Shown one piece after another: positions 1-8,965 of a DNA stretch of 64,000 bases (its first letter is position 1; each line of letters opens with the position of its first letter). Source of the stretch: Candidatus Poribacteria bacterium (GTDB lineage Bacteria; Poribacteria; WGA-4E; WGA-3G); the NCBI GenBank assembly GCA_965205025.1, contig CBDBFU010000013.1:128001-192000 (forward strand), written 5' to 3'. The translations under genes were made by a program, and so were the position numbers. The notes under the pieces were generated by a model. The model made no database searches. It was given only the letters and a program-made list of their open reading frames with translations, and had not been told where the DNA came from.

Positions 1-321
1 TTCCATTAATTCCGTCCCACGTTTTAGCTCTGCAAAATGTATGATGTCATTGAGACTGTACTGAAGAGGCGCGCTTGATGAAAGACCGTCATAATTAGAA
101 CGGTGGAATCGAATTCGTGGTTTGATACGGAAAACTGGTGTCAGTCCATAATCCTTAAGGAGAACATATAATGTGACAGTATAGGAATCCTCATGCACCT
201 TCTGTGCAAGGATACCGCTTTCGTTTATATTATTGTCAACGATAAGTTGTTCCTGAACAAGTTGGCTATCGTTTCCAAATATCATCATTCGATGCTCTTC
301 TCTGTTATCATCAACTAACAT
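1..321 (-). CDS. Hypothetical protein, 5' part (runs off the window edge)
   Basis: Hand translation: ATG at 321 after GGAGGAGAAGAGG, open to base 1 (MLVDDNREEHRMMIFGNDSQ...). Confidence 0.65.
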   Translation of the reverse strand, partial: MLVDDNREEHRMMIFGNDSQLVQEQLIVDNNINESGILAQKVHEDSYTVTLYVLLKDYGLTPVFRIKPRIRFHRSNYDGLSSSAPLQYSLNDIIHFAELKRGTELME

Positions 322-369
322 GGATCCTCTTCCTCCATATAGAGTCCATATCTGAGATAGGATTATATC

Positions 370-1342
370 TTATCCGAAGCCTATCCTCTGTCTTGCTAAT
401 GCAGCAGCACCCAACACACCTGCATTATCCCCAAGCTGTGCCTTAACAATTTGTACACCCTCTAACGTTCCGGGTAATGCATATTTATTCGCTGCCTTGC
501 GAATATTATCAACGAAAGAATCTTCAAGTGCTTCAACAACACCACCACCGAGGACAATCATCTCTGGATTTAAGAAGTTTACGATAGAACCGATACCTAC
601 CCCAAGGTATTTCGTAGTTCTATTGAGTATTTTCTTTGTCAATTTATCCTTTGCAGCAACCGCTTTAGCCAATACACCACTCCGTATTGAATTCAGATCC
701 CCATCCGTAAGTTTTGCTACAACGCTTTTTTTTCCTTTTTTTATTCCCTTTTTAAAGGATTTTGCCATTGCCGTTCGACTTGCGAGTGCTTCTAAACATC
801 CACGGTTTCCACACCCACATTTAGGTCCACCTTCTTTTACGATTATATGTCCAACTTCGCCTGCAGTTTTACTGGCACCATGAAATAGTTCTCCGTTCAT
901 AATAATGCCCCCACCAATTCCGGTACCAACGAAAATCCCTACAATGTTCTGTATTCCTTGTCCTGCTCCGTATGTGTGTTCTCCAAGAGTTCCCACATTT
1001 ACATCATTATCAACATAAGTTGGTATATCAATTCTCTGTTCAAGTTCAGTCTTAAGGGGTACATTCTCCCATCCCAGATTAGGTGCCACAATCACTACTC
1101 CCGTCTCTGGATCAAGGGGACCTGGTGCGCCAATACCAACGGCTTGTATAGAGTCTCGTGAAACATTTGATCCATGAATAACCATTTGGATACAATCCGC
1201 AATTCGATCAATAACATTAGAAGATCCATCTTTTGCATTCGTTCGAATTTTGGATGTTCCTAAGATATTCCCTTCTTCATCAACGATAGCAGCGAGAATC
1301 TTAGTTCCTCCCATGTCCTACACCAACTACATTATTATTCAT
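370..1342 (-). CDS. ROK family sugar kinase (glucokinase-like); apparent +1 frameshift near the start
   Basis: Motifs GIGAPGP, NDVN, GTGIGGG, GEVGH, CGCGNRGCLE. Removing one base at 1317-1318 restores MNNNVVGVDMGGTKI. Confidence 0.9.
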
Positions 1343-1389
1343 CCGTTTTTCCTTTTAAATGCATTTAACATAAATTCTAATAAAATCCA

Positions 1390-1869
1390 TTATCCGTTCT
1401 TCTTTTCTGCCGCTATAATTGCAAGCAATCTTTGCTTGAAGTTGTCCTGCGATAATTTCTCCCATTTTGATAAAAAATCATTATAGTCGGAGAGTCTGTT
1501 TTTTCTGACACGAGAAATAAGTGATTCAATTCCAGGCATTGTTAAATGATTATGGTCAGTCTTATAATTTGTTAGTATGTCTATAACAACATCATTATCG
1601 TGTATATCCCCGAGTATATCTTGTAAGTCTATTATAGTGTGGAGAAACTTTCTGAATTGTTCATCGTAGTTGTCTGTAAAGAATTCCATAGAATATCGTA
1701 GCCTTTTAATTGAAATCCTCATATTATGTAATTCTTCTTTTCTTTCAGGAATCCGTATAAAGTTCTCCCACATGTATACTTCTTCTACTTTTTGGGGTAG
1801 TATTATACGTGCGTTTGTACGGAAATCTGCTTTCGGCTTAACTCCTGTTAATGTAAGTGGTTTAGCCAT
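1390..1869 (-). CDS. CHAD-domain protein (half-size)
   Basis: LHNMRISIKRLRYSME and LQDILGDIHDNDV motifs. Confidence 0.85.
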   Translation of the reverse strand: MAKPLTLTGVKPKADFRTNARIILPQKVEEVYMWENFIRIPERKEELHNMRISIKRLRYSMEFFTDNYDEQFRKFLHTIIDLQDILGDIHDNDVVIDILTNYKTDHNHLTMPGIESLISRVRKNRLSDYNDFLSKWEKLSQDNFKQRLLAIIAAEKKNG

Positions 1870-1872
1870 TTA

Positions 1873-2343
1873 TTAGTCTACTACAAAAAAGTGAAGGAAT
1901 TCATTTTCGAATTTCCTGTCATCAAGTGAATTAAATAGGTCTATCATCGGTTTACGTTCTTCTTTCCGTCTTTCTTGGAGGTGTTCAATCAGGGATTCAA
2001 TATCCTTCCGTTCTGCTTTAGGTAGTGAAATCAGCTCTGTATTAAACCGTCTAATCAAAACATCAAGATCACGGACTGCCCCCATAGTCTGTGTAATGAT
2101 TTTCACCTGTTTATATAACTTCTTAAACTGTTCAGGTTCAAAACAATCAGCGAAATTATCCATCGCTGCACGCAACCGTCGTGAAGCGACTCTCATATCA
2201 TGTACAAATTCAATATTACTACCATCCCTTGCCCCATCTTTATGGGACATCATCTCCTGGAAATATCCGACTATGATTCTTCGTGCACATACTTCCAACG
2301 GTTTTTCAGGTGAAATATCATTAATTTTAATCGGGTCAGACAT
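1873..2343 (-). CDS. CHAD-domain protein (half-size)
   Basis: VHDMRVASRRLRAA and MGAVRDLDV motifs; start at MSDPIK is a judgement call. Confidence 0.85.
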   Translation of the reverse strand: MSDPIKINDISPEKPLEVCARRIIVGYFQEMMSHKDGARDGSNIEFVHDMRVASRRLRAAMDNFADCFEPEQFKKLYKQVKIITQTMGAVRDLDVLIRRFNTELISLPKAERKDIESLIEHLQERRKEERKPMIDLFNSLDDRKFENEFLHFFVVD

Positions 2344-2399
2344 ACCAAGACCCTCATAATGGAATGTGAAATGAATACAATCCGAATAGTTGAATCTAT

Positions 2400-3473
2400 T
2401 CAAGATTTAGCGTTATGCCGGAGAAGATGGTCAGTGAGAACAAGTGCAGTCATAGCTTCAACAATAGCGGGTGCTCGTATTAAGACGCATGGATCATGAC
2501 GTCCACTTGCCTCTAAGGTCACCTCATTTCCATCCATATCCACGGTTTGTTGGGGTTTACCTATTGTTGCTGTCGGTTTAAATGCTACTTGAAATACAAT
2601 ATCTTCTCCGTTTGAGATACCCCCTTGCGTACCACCAGAGTTGTTCGTACGTGTGCGAATACGTCCTGATTCGTTGTAGAATTCATCATTGTGTTCTGAT
2701 CCGGTTTGCGTGATACCGGCAAATCCAGATCCAATTTGAAAACCCATTGTAGCAGGAAGTGACATCATTGCTTTTGCTAAATCAGCCTTGAGTTTATCAA
2801 ATACCGGTTCTCCAAGCCCAACAGGTACGTTTCTTGTGACAGACTCAATTATACCGCCAAGTGAATCCTGGTCGCGTCTTGCTTGATCAATCCTTTCAGC
2901 CATTTTTGGACTGACAATTGGGTCTGGACAGCGTACAAGACTATTCTCTATATCCTCATGTGTAACTCCATCTGTATCCACGGTGGCTTCAAGGGTATGA
3001 ATTTGTTTTACATACGCCAATGTTTCAGTTCCCGATTTTTCTCTTAGGATTTGTTTTGCAATAGCACCTGCAGCCACTCGTCCAATAGTTTCTCTTGCAC
3101 TGGCTCTACCACCACCCTGCCAATTCCGTATACCATATTTTTGTTGATAGGTGAAATCGGCATGGGAGGGACGGTATAGGTCTTTTAGGTGATTATAAGC
3201 AGATGGACGTGCATCCTTATTCCATACCAACATCGAAATTGGCGTTCCAAGAGTTTTATTTTCAAAAACACCTGAAAGGATTTCAACAGCATCTACTTCC
3301 TGGCGCGGTGTGGTTAAATGACTTTGTCCCGGTCTCCGACGATCAAGTTCGTATTGTATAGTAGATATATCAATTTCAATCTGCGGAGGACATCCGTCAA
3401 CCACAACACCGACAGCTCCACCATGAGATTCACCCCAAGTAGTTATCCGAAACAAGTGACCAAAAGTATTCAT
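2400..3473 (-). CDS. aroC: Chorismate synthase
   Basis: [37 protein letters not shown]. Confidence 0.98.
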   Translation of the reverse strand: MNTFGHLFRITTWGESHGGAVGVVVDGCPPQIEIDISTIQYELDRRRPGQSHLTTPRQEVDAVEILSGVFENKTLGTPISMLVWNKDARPSAYNHLKDLYRPSHADFTYQQKYGIRNWQGGGRASARETIGRVAAGAIAKQILREKSGTETLAYVKQIHTLEATVDTDGVTHEDIENSLVRCPDPIVSPKMAERIDQARRDQDSLGGIIESVTRNVPVGLGEPVFDKLKADLAKAMMSLPATMGFQIGSGFAGITQTGSEHNDEFYNESGRIRTRTNNSGGTQGGISNGEDIVFQVAFKPTATIGKPQQTVDMDGNEVTLEASGRHDPCVLIRAPAIVEAMTALVLTDHLLRHNAKS

Positions 3474-3679
3474 TTATTCAATTTTGCAGACTTATGGATT
3501 GGTAAATTATGTTATTTTAAGTATGGGAATATCACTATTATTATGTTATACTATACCAAATTGACAATGAACCTGCAACCATTTTATATCATGATTAACA
3601 CACTCCTTCCCACAGTTCAGCAAGTAAATCAACATATCTTGGAATCTTGTACTTACACCTTAAGATTTAAGGATTAATT

Positions 3680-4388
3680 TTGGATCTATTTAAGCGTTAT
3701 TTTGCACTATTCATCATATTCGTTGGTATCGCACTGTTATGGAATACAGTTGTTATGTACCCACTCAAACTCTTTGTTGTATTTATGCACGAAGTAAGTC
3801 ATGGATTAGCAGCAATAGCAACAGGAGGAGAGATTGTAACAATAGAAGTAAATCAGAATCAAGGGGGTATGGCACTCACTAAAGGTGGTTCCCGTTTTTG
3901 GACATTAACAGCGGGTTATCTTGGCAGTCTACTCTGGGGTGGTATTATCCTGTTATTAGCTGCGAGAACACATTTAGATAAAGGAATCAGTGTGTTAATT
4001 GGGATTGGAATGATTGTGATTTCAATCGGATTTGGTTCGGATGTATTTACTTATATATTTGGAATTGGATTTGGTGTAGTACTTATCCTATTCGGTATAT
4101 TCCTTCCCGAGGTAGTGAATGATTGGATATTACGTATCATAGGTGTAACGAGTTGGTTTATATGCCATTCTTGACATAAAGAGTGATGTTTTGGATAGAT
4201 CTCATTTACGATCGGATGCTCGGATGTTGTCGGAAGAAATAGGTGTTTTTTCAACGGAAGTATGGGGTATCCTGTGGATTTTCATTGCGATTGTCTTAAC
4301 AATTTGGTTTATATATATTTCTGGGAAACCTGCGAGTTCTACAGCAACTGACGTTGATGATTCCGATTCTATGGATATGACAGTTTAA
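3680..4388 (+). CDS. M50B-like intramembrane zinc peptidase; apparent +1 frameshift at ~4155
   Basis: HEVSH within a TM segment, AGYLG, and downstream RSDA. Removing one G joins 3680..4174 to 4191..4388 (TSCLYAILDIKSDVLDR). Confidence 0.8.
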
Positions 4389-4411
4389 TTGAGATACATA
4401 TTATATCGGTT

Positions 4412-4726
4412 TTAGCCATTTTGGGATTTGGGTTTCTGTAAAAAAAGAGAAAGTGTAAAAACACCTTCAATCACTTTGCATAGACTTTGAATCTCCTTTC
4501 TGTTTCGTTCTATCTCCTTTCTGTTTCGTTCAACCCTTTTCATAGTGTCAGCATGATTCTTGTCAACCTTTGTTTCAAGCATCGCTATCCTATCTTCAAG
4601 TGAGTCAAACCTTTCATTGACCTCAGTTTTAAACTCATTAAATTCAGCTTGAAACTCCTGAATTTCAAGCTTTACATTTGATAACAACTTTAGAATTGCA
4701 TCAAGAGTCAGTTCGGTCTTGTCCAT
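4412..4726 (-). CDS. Small coiled-coil hypothetical protein
   Basis: Heptad-rich ORF with a 21-bp ERNRKEI duplication and a GGGGGA RBS. Confidence 0.6.
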   Translation of the reverse strand: MDKTELTLDAILKLLSNVKLEIQEFQAEFNEFKTEVNERFDSLEDRIAMLETKVDKNHADTMKRVERNRKEIERNRKEIQSLCKVIEGVFTLSLFLQKPKSQNG

Positions 4727-4854
4727 TGTTATCCCCCCGACCACATGTTTTATGTTTGCTATTATATCATAAGTAGTTCTATATTACAAACTTTTTAATT
4801 TGACAGATACTCGTAAAGTATCGTATATTAACATACATCAAGATTACTCTTATA

Positions 4855-6107
4855 CTCCTAATGAAGATTAATTTTTTAATTCGGTAATAATCCGATCTGG
4901 CGTAGCAGCATCTGTGATCCTCCTATGAACTGCGACATAAAACTAATCACCTTGTCTTTCACGATTTCCCAATCATCGCAATGACGATGGTTATGTAAAA
5001 CCGATTGACGCACCCATCGCCATAACTTTTCAATCGGGTTCGTCCACGGCGCATAAGTCGGTAGTTGTATTATCTCAATCGGAAGTTTTTGTAGTGTTCC
5101 GATTTTCTCTGAGGGTTTACCTGTCCAATTCGGTGGCTTCGGTTTCACAAACGATGCTGTTTGCGGGAGAAGTGCTTCCAATAAGTTAGCTTGAAAGTGG
5201 GTTGACCAATTGTCTTGTATCAAATATATCCGTTGCTTGTTTGCGTAGCGTTGGCAAATCTCGGTGTAAAAAGAATGAAGTGCTTCAGCAGTGCAGCGTG
5301 AAACTTGCTGGTAAACAACATCTCCAGTATGTGGGTTCAGAGCCCCGATCCCATAGCACGTTTGGTTGTGTCTGTAGCTCTGACGGGCTAAAGGTGTTTT
5401 CGTGCCTGTTTGTGCCCAGTCTTTTGCTATGGTAGGGTTGCGATAAAACGAGAACTCATCTTGGTAAAGCGCAACACAGGTCTGTGGATGTTGACGGGTC
5501 TCTTCCAAAACTTGCTGGACCCTGTCTATTTTTTGGGCATAGTCTGTATCCGGACTATGTATGTATAAGCGAGCGCGTTTATAGCTGAGACCGAGTCGAC
5601 TAAGGATTTTGTGAATACCCGGCACAGACACATCACTGAGCCAAGGGACGATGTTTCCAAGGGATCGGAGTGTCCATCGTGTTTGATGCGGATTATGTTG
5701 TTCAGGTCCCTGTGCGATAGTATTATAGACCTCCGCCTCTGCTTCTTCGGGGGATTTAGGGGAATAAGCAGGTTTGCGACCACGACCGGGTGTATAGAAT
5801 AAACCTTGAATACCGTTTTCATTGTATCGGTGAAGCCACGAATAGACCGTATCAGGATCGCGTTCTTTCAAGAGCATTTTTCGGGCGACTTTGTGAGGGG
5901 AAAACCCCTCGCTTATTTTCAAAAGGGCAGCAGCGCGTTCTCGTAGATAAGCCGGTTCGCCTTTATCACGGAGTTCAACGAGTTTTTGTCGTTCAGTTTC
6001 ACTGAGTTCAAGTTTATGATGTTTTGCCATGAATAAATACCTCCTTGAACAAGAGGATAGCACAAAAATAAAATTTACCGAATTAAAAAATTAATCTTCA
6101 TAGGGAG
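4855..6107 (-). mobile_element. IS630-family insertion sequence
   Basis: Inverted ends ATGAAGATTAATTTTTTAATTCGGTAA (4861-4887; 6075-6101), extended by CTCC/GGAG with TA on both outer sides. Confidence 0.9.
4876..6030 (-). CDS. IS630 transposase
   Basis: N-terminal HTHs and a DDE triad (YQDE, IQDN, LPTYAPWTNPIE). Confidence 0.93.
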   Translation of the reverse strand: MAKHHKLELSETERQKLVELRDKGEPAYLRERAAALLKISEGFSPHKVARKMLLKERDPDTVYSWLHRYNENGIQGLFYTPGRGRKPAYSPKSPEEAEAEVYNTIAQGPEQHNPHQTRWTLRSLGNIVPWLSDVSVPGIHKILSRLGLSYKRARLYIHSPDTDYAQKIDRVQQVLEETRQHPQTCVALYQDEFSFYRNPTIAKDWAQTGTKTPLARQSYRHNQTCYGIGALNPHTGDVVYQQVSRCTAEALHSFYTEICQRYANKQRIYLIQDNWSTHFQANLLEALLPQTASFVKPKPPNWTGKPSEKIGTLQKLPIEIIQLPTYAPWTNPIEKLWRWVRQSVLHNHRHCDDWEIVKDKVISFMSQFIGGSQMLLRQIGLLPN

Positions 6108-6210
6108 TAATGACGTTGATTTATATTTAACCGATTTAACTCTTTTATCTTTTTACTGAGTTCGTGATAGTGGGGAATAACACCCCTCACGCCATCGCGG
6201 GAGGATTCTC

Positions 6211-6756
6211 ATGAAAATGTTTGTCGGGATAGTGATGGCTTTATTTATATGTCTGACTTTTAGAGGATATACTCAGAAAGTAAAACCTGACATATTTGAC
6301 GTAACGTTAATCGTAGAATGTGAAAACCTTAATATGAATAAAGCAATTAGAAAAATAGCCAAACACGAATTAGGAAAACTATCAGATGTATCCCTTGATA
6401 AAATAGATATAATCCCTAATATACATTTAGGACAAAATCCTGGACAATTCATTATATCTATTATTGTTTTAGATAATAATTGCCAAACATGTGACAAAAT
6501 AGCAATTGCATCAAGTTTTCTATCTCGTGGGGACTCTATTCCTGAATTTATGATTGATCCTAAACATATAAAGGCTTACAACTCGTGGAAAAAACTAAAT
6601 ACTTCCTACAATACCCATAAAGGCCCCATAGGATATTGTTCAAAATATGGAGTGGAAGGATATATTAAAGGTATTATAAATTATTTTAAGCATTTCATTG
6701 AATTTGAGAAACAAGTGAAATGGCTTGACCAATTTCCAGGAATAAAAAAATATTGA
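6211..6756 (+). CDS. Hypothetical exported protein
   Basis: GGAGG RBS, signal-peptide-like N-terminus, 181 aa. Confidence 0.65.
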   Translation: MKMFVGIVMALFICLTFRGYTQKVKPDIFDVTLIVECENLNMNKAIRKIAKHELGKLSDVSLDKIDIIPNIHLGQNPGQFIISIIVLDNNCQTCDKIAIASSFLSRGDSIPEFMIDPKHIKAYNSWKKLNTSYNTHKGPIGYCSKYGVEGYIKGIINYFKHFIEFEKQVKWLDQFPGIKKY

Positions 6757-6821
6757 TAGGAATCAAATGCGCGCCCTGATGGTATCATATACTACTGTCG
6801 CGCACGATAAAAGGAAATAAG

Positions 6822-6965
6822 ATGAAACACCTATTAGAAACGATTATACTCGGGTTTCTACTGGCTTTATTCTATATGGCAACGGGGTTACCTGCATCGC
6901 TTGTTTTTCTGATACTTGGAATTGCTATCGTCTACAATGTAGTAGGATTTGTCAAAAGTAAATAA
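6822..6965 (+). CDS. Small membrane protein (47 aa), not in the ORF track
   Basis: AAGGA RBS; MKHLLETIILGFLLALFYMATGLPASLVFLILGIAIVYNVVGFVKSK. Confidence 0.55.
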   Translation: MKHLLETIILGFLLALFYMATGLPASLVFLILGIAIVYNVVGFVKSK

Positions 6966-6975
6966 AGGAAATTTT

Positions 6976-7212
6976 ATGTTTATAAAACTACGTGAAAATT
7001 CTGAAGGTGTTTTGGCAATCAATATAAATACGGGAACGAGAATTAGATTATACGAAAGAAATAAAGAGTATGTTATGTCAGTGGAAACTGAACATTCTAA
7101 CCATCTTGTACAGGTTTTTCAGACTTGGGATGATGGTTTTCAGGTGTTTAACCACATGATGGATAAGTTAGATGAAGGATGTCGTGTTTGTAATATCAAT
7201 CGTCTAATGTAA
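6976..7212 (+). CDS. Hypothetical protein
   Basis: AAGGA RBS directly after the previous stop codon. Confidence 0.55.
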   Translation: MFIKLRENSEGVLAININTGTRIRLYERNKEYVMSVETEHSNHLVQVFQTWDDGFQVFNHMMDKLDEGCRVCNINRLM

Positions 7213-7433
7213 GGTTTTCATCTATCAATAGGGAGCCACACTCCAGGTTCATCCTTTACTCTGTTTGATCTTCTGAAGATACGCATTAATCTTTTCCATA
7301 AAGAGGATTGATGTTTTCTCATAATTTCATATTCTCCCTAACTATTTTGTTGTTGCATGAAGTAATTTAATGTTTAAATTAGGTTAGACACTTCATGACA
7401 AACATCTAACCTAATTTAAAAGGAGGTATTCTC

Positions 7434-7634
7434 ATGAGTACTGAGAAACCTGAAACTCGGGATAAAAACACCGAGTATGAAGAGGCTATAAGCAACCTTA
7501 ATGGTGTTCGTGTTATAGATGAACACGGACAGGTTATTATTGAGCCTCCAATCCCAAACGACATCTACATTTTTTCAGATGCATTTGGCAATATATTTAC
7601 TGATAAAAATGGTATCGCTTGGGGTTTCAGATAA
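7434..7634 (+). CDS. Hypothetical protein (66 aa)
   Basis: Strong AGGAGG RBS. Confidence 0.55.
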   Translation: MSTEKPETRDKNTEYEEAISNLNGVRVIDEHGQVIIEPPIPNDIYIFSDAFGNIFTDKNGIAWGFR

Positions 7635-7649
7635 CTTATAGAATAGTTT

Positions 7650-8290
7650 ACACTTATTCCATTATATTGGTAAGTATAAAGGGTTGAATTTTCTATGTCA
7701 ACGTTATTACGAATGAAGTTTGCTATAGTTTCTGCTGATATATCATGTATTAGATTAGCAGTGACTTTTCCGTCACGGGCAACTGCGCCTATGACAACGT
7801 CTTTCATTGTTCCACGTCCACGTTTTCGGGGTTCATCTTCTGTTCTGTCATAATCAGTCTTTTTTCTGCCACCGATGTAGGTTTAGTCTGTCTCAATGAT
7901 ACCTGTTAGTACAGGTGATTCTTTTGCCATTTCTGTTCGTATTTTCATCATTATACGCCAAGTTGTCTTTTGTTTCAAGCATAAATCTCGTGTAAATTGG
8001 CAACTTGATAGTCCTTTTTTAGCGTTTGCAATTAGTGATATTGCGAGAAACCACTTTTGTAGTGGTATTTTTGTTCCGTGAAATATCGTTCTGCTTGTTA
8101 CTTTGAAAGATGCTTTACATTCGTTGCAACACCAGCGTCCTATTCTACCTTCACCTTGTTTGTTCTTTCGTACTATATCTTCAGCGTTACACTTTGGACA
8201 CAGGGTTTTATTTCCCCATCGTGTATCTTCAAGGTGTTGAATGCATGCTTCTTGGTAAGGGAATCGTTCCATTACTTGGACTAAATCCAT
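7650..8290 (-). pseudogene. IS1595-family transposase remnant
   Basis: Zn ribbon CPKC...CNEC, TIFHGTKIPLQKWF, then ETD*TYIGG (stop at the catalytic E) and RGRGT; 3' truncated. Confidence 0.88.
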
Positions 8291-8603
8291 CAGATAACTC
8301 CATAACTCCTTTTGGAGTTGCTTTTTTTGATAGATTCTGATATAATCAGGATAGAGAAACGCCAGAAAAAGCAACTCGCTCTTTTTTGGTAGAAATAGGG
8401 GTGGACACCCCTTATTTTGCTATCCTATTACATCAAATTTTTCGCTAAAAAAACAACCTATAAAGACAATCTGCGTATAGGTTTATAGCGTTTTTTCAAA
8501 TCCCAAAACGACTAAAACCGTATTATATTGTAGATGATGAACGATACACGGTGTGTATCAACTATAAATTACAATTTAGTTTGTTTTCTTATATGCACAT
8601 CAT

Positions 8604-8816
8604 CTATCTTCTAAGTGGACTGAAATCTATATTGTAATAACTTATCAACCATACGCAGATTCCCAATATGAATAGAGGGATACAGATTAAAACGATAAGG
8701 ATCAGGACACCCCACACCCATGAACCTTTGGATTTCGCGACAGTAGCCAGCCGTGCAATCAATACCCCACCTCCAATTATTATAACTACAACAATGCCAA
8801 ATACTACCATTACCAT
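8604..8816 (-). CDS. Small two-TM membrane protein
   Basis: GAGGA RBS and two hydrophobic segments. Confidence 0.5.
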   Translation of the reverse strand: MVMVVFGIVVVIIIGGGVLIARLATVAKSKGSWVWGVLILIVLICIPLFILGICVWLISYYNIDFSPLRR

Positions 8817-8965
8817 AATACATTCCTCATAGATTTTCCCGTAACACCATCTAAGGAATTCCAAACGCATTGGCAACTATTACCAAGTCTTGAATATTCA
8901 CAACGCCATCAGCATTGAGTTAACACTGTGTCCGTATATCTAAATCATGTAGATTGCAACTTAGG

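Noticed and set aside
8395-8570. IS1595 terminal inverted repeats (GGGGTGGACACCCC, GGTGTGTATCAACTAT)
   Set aside because: No matching partner end or target duplication could be identified.
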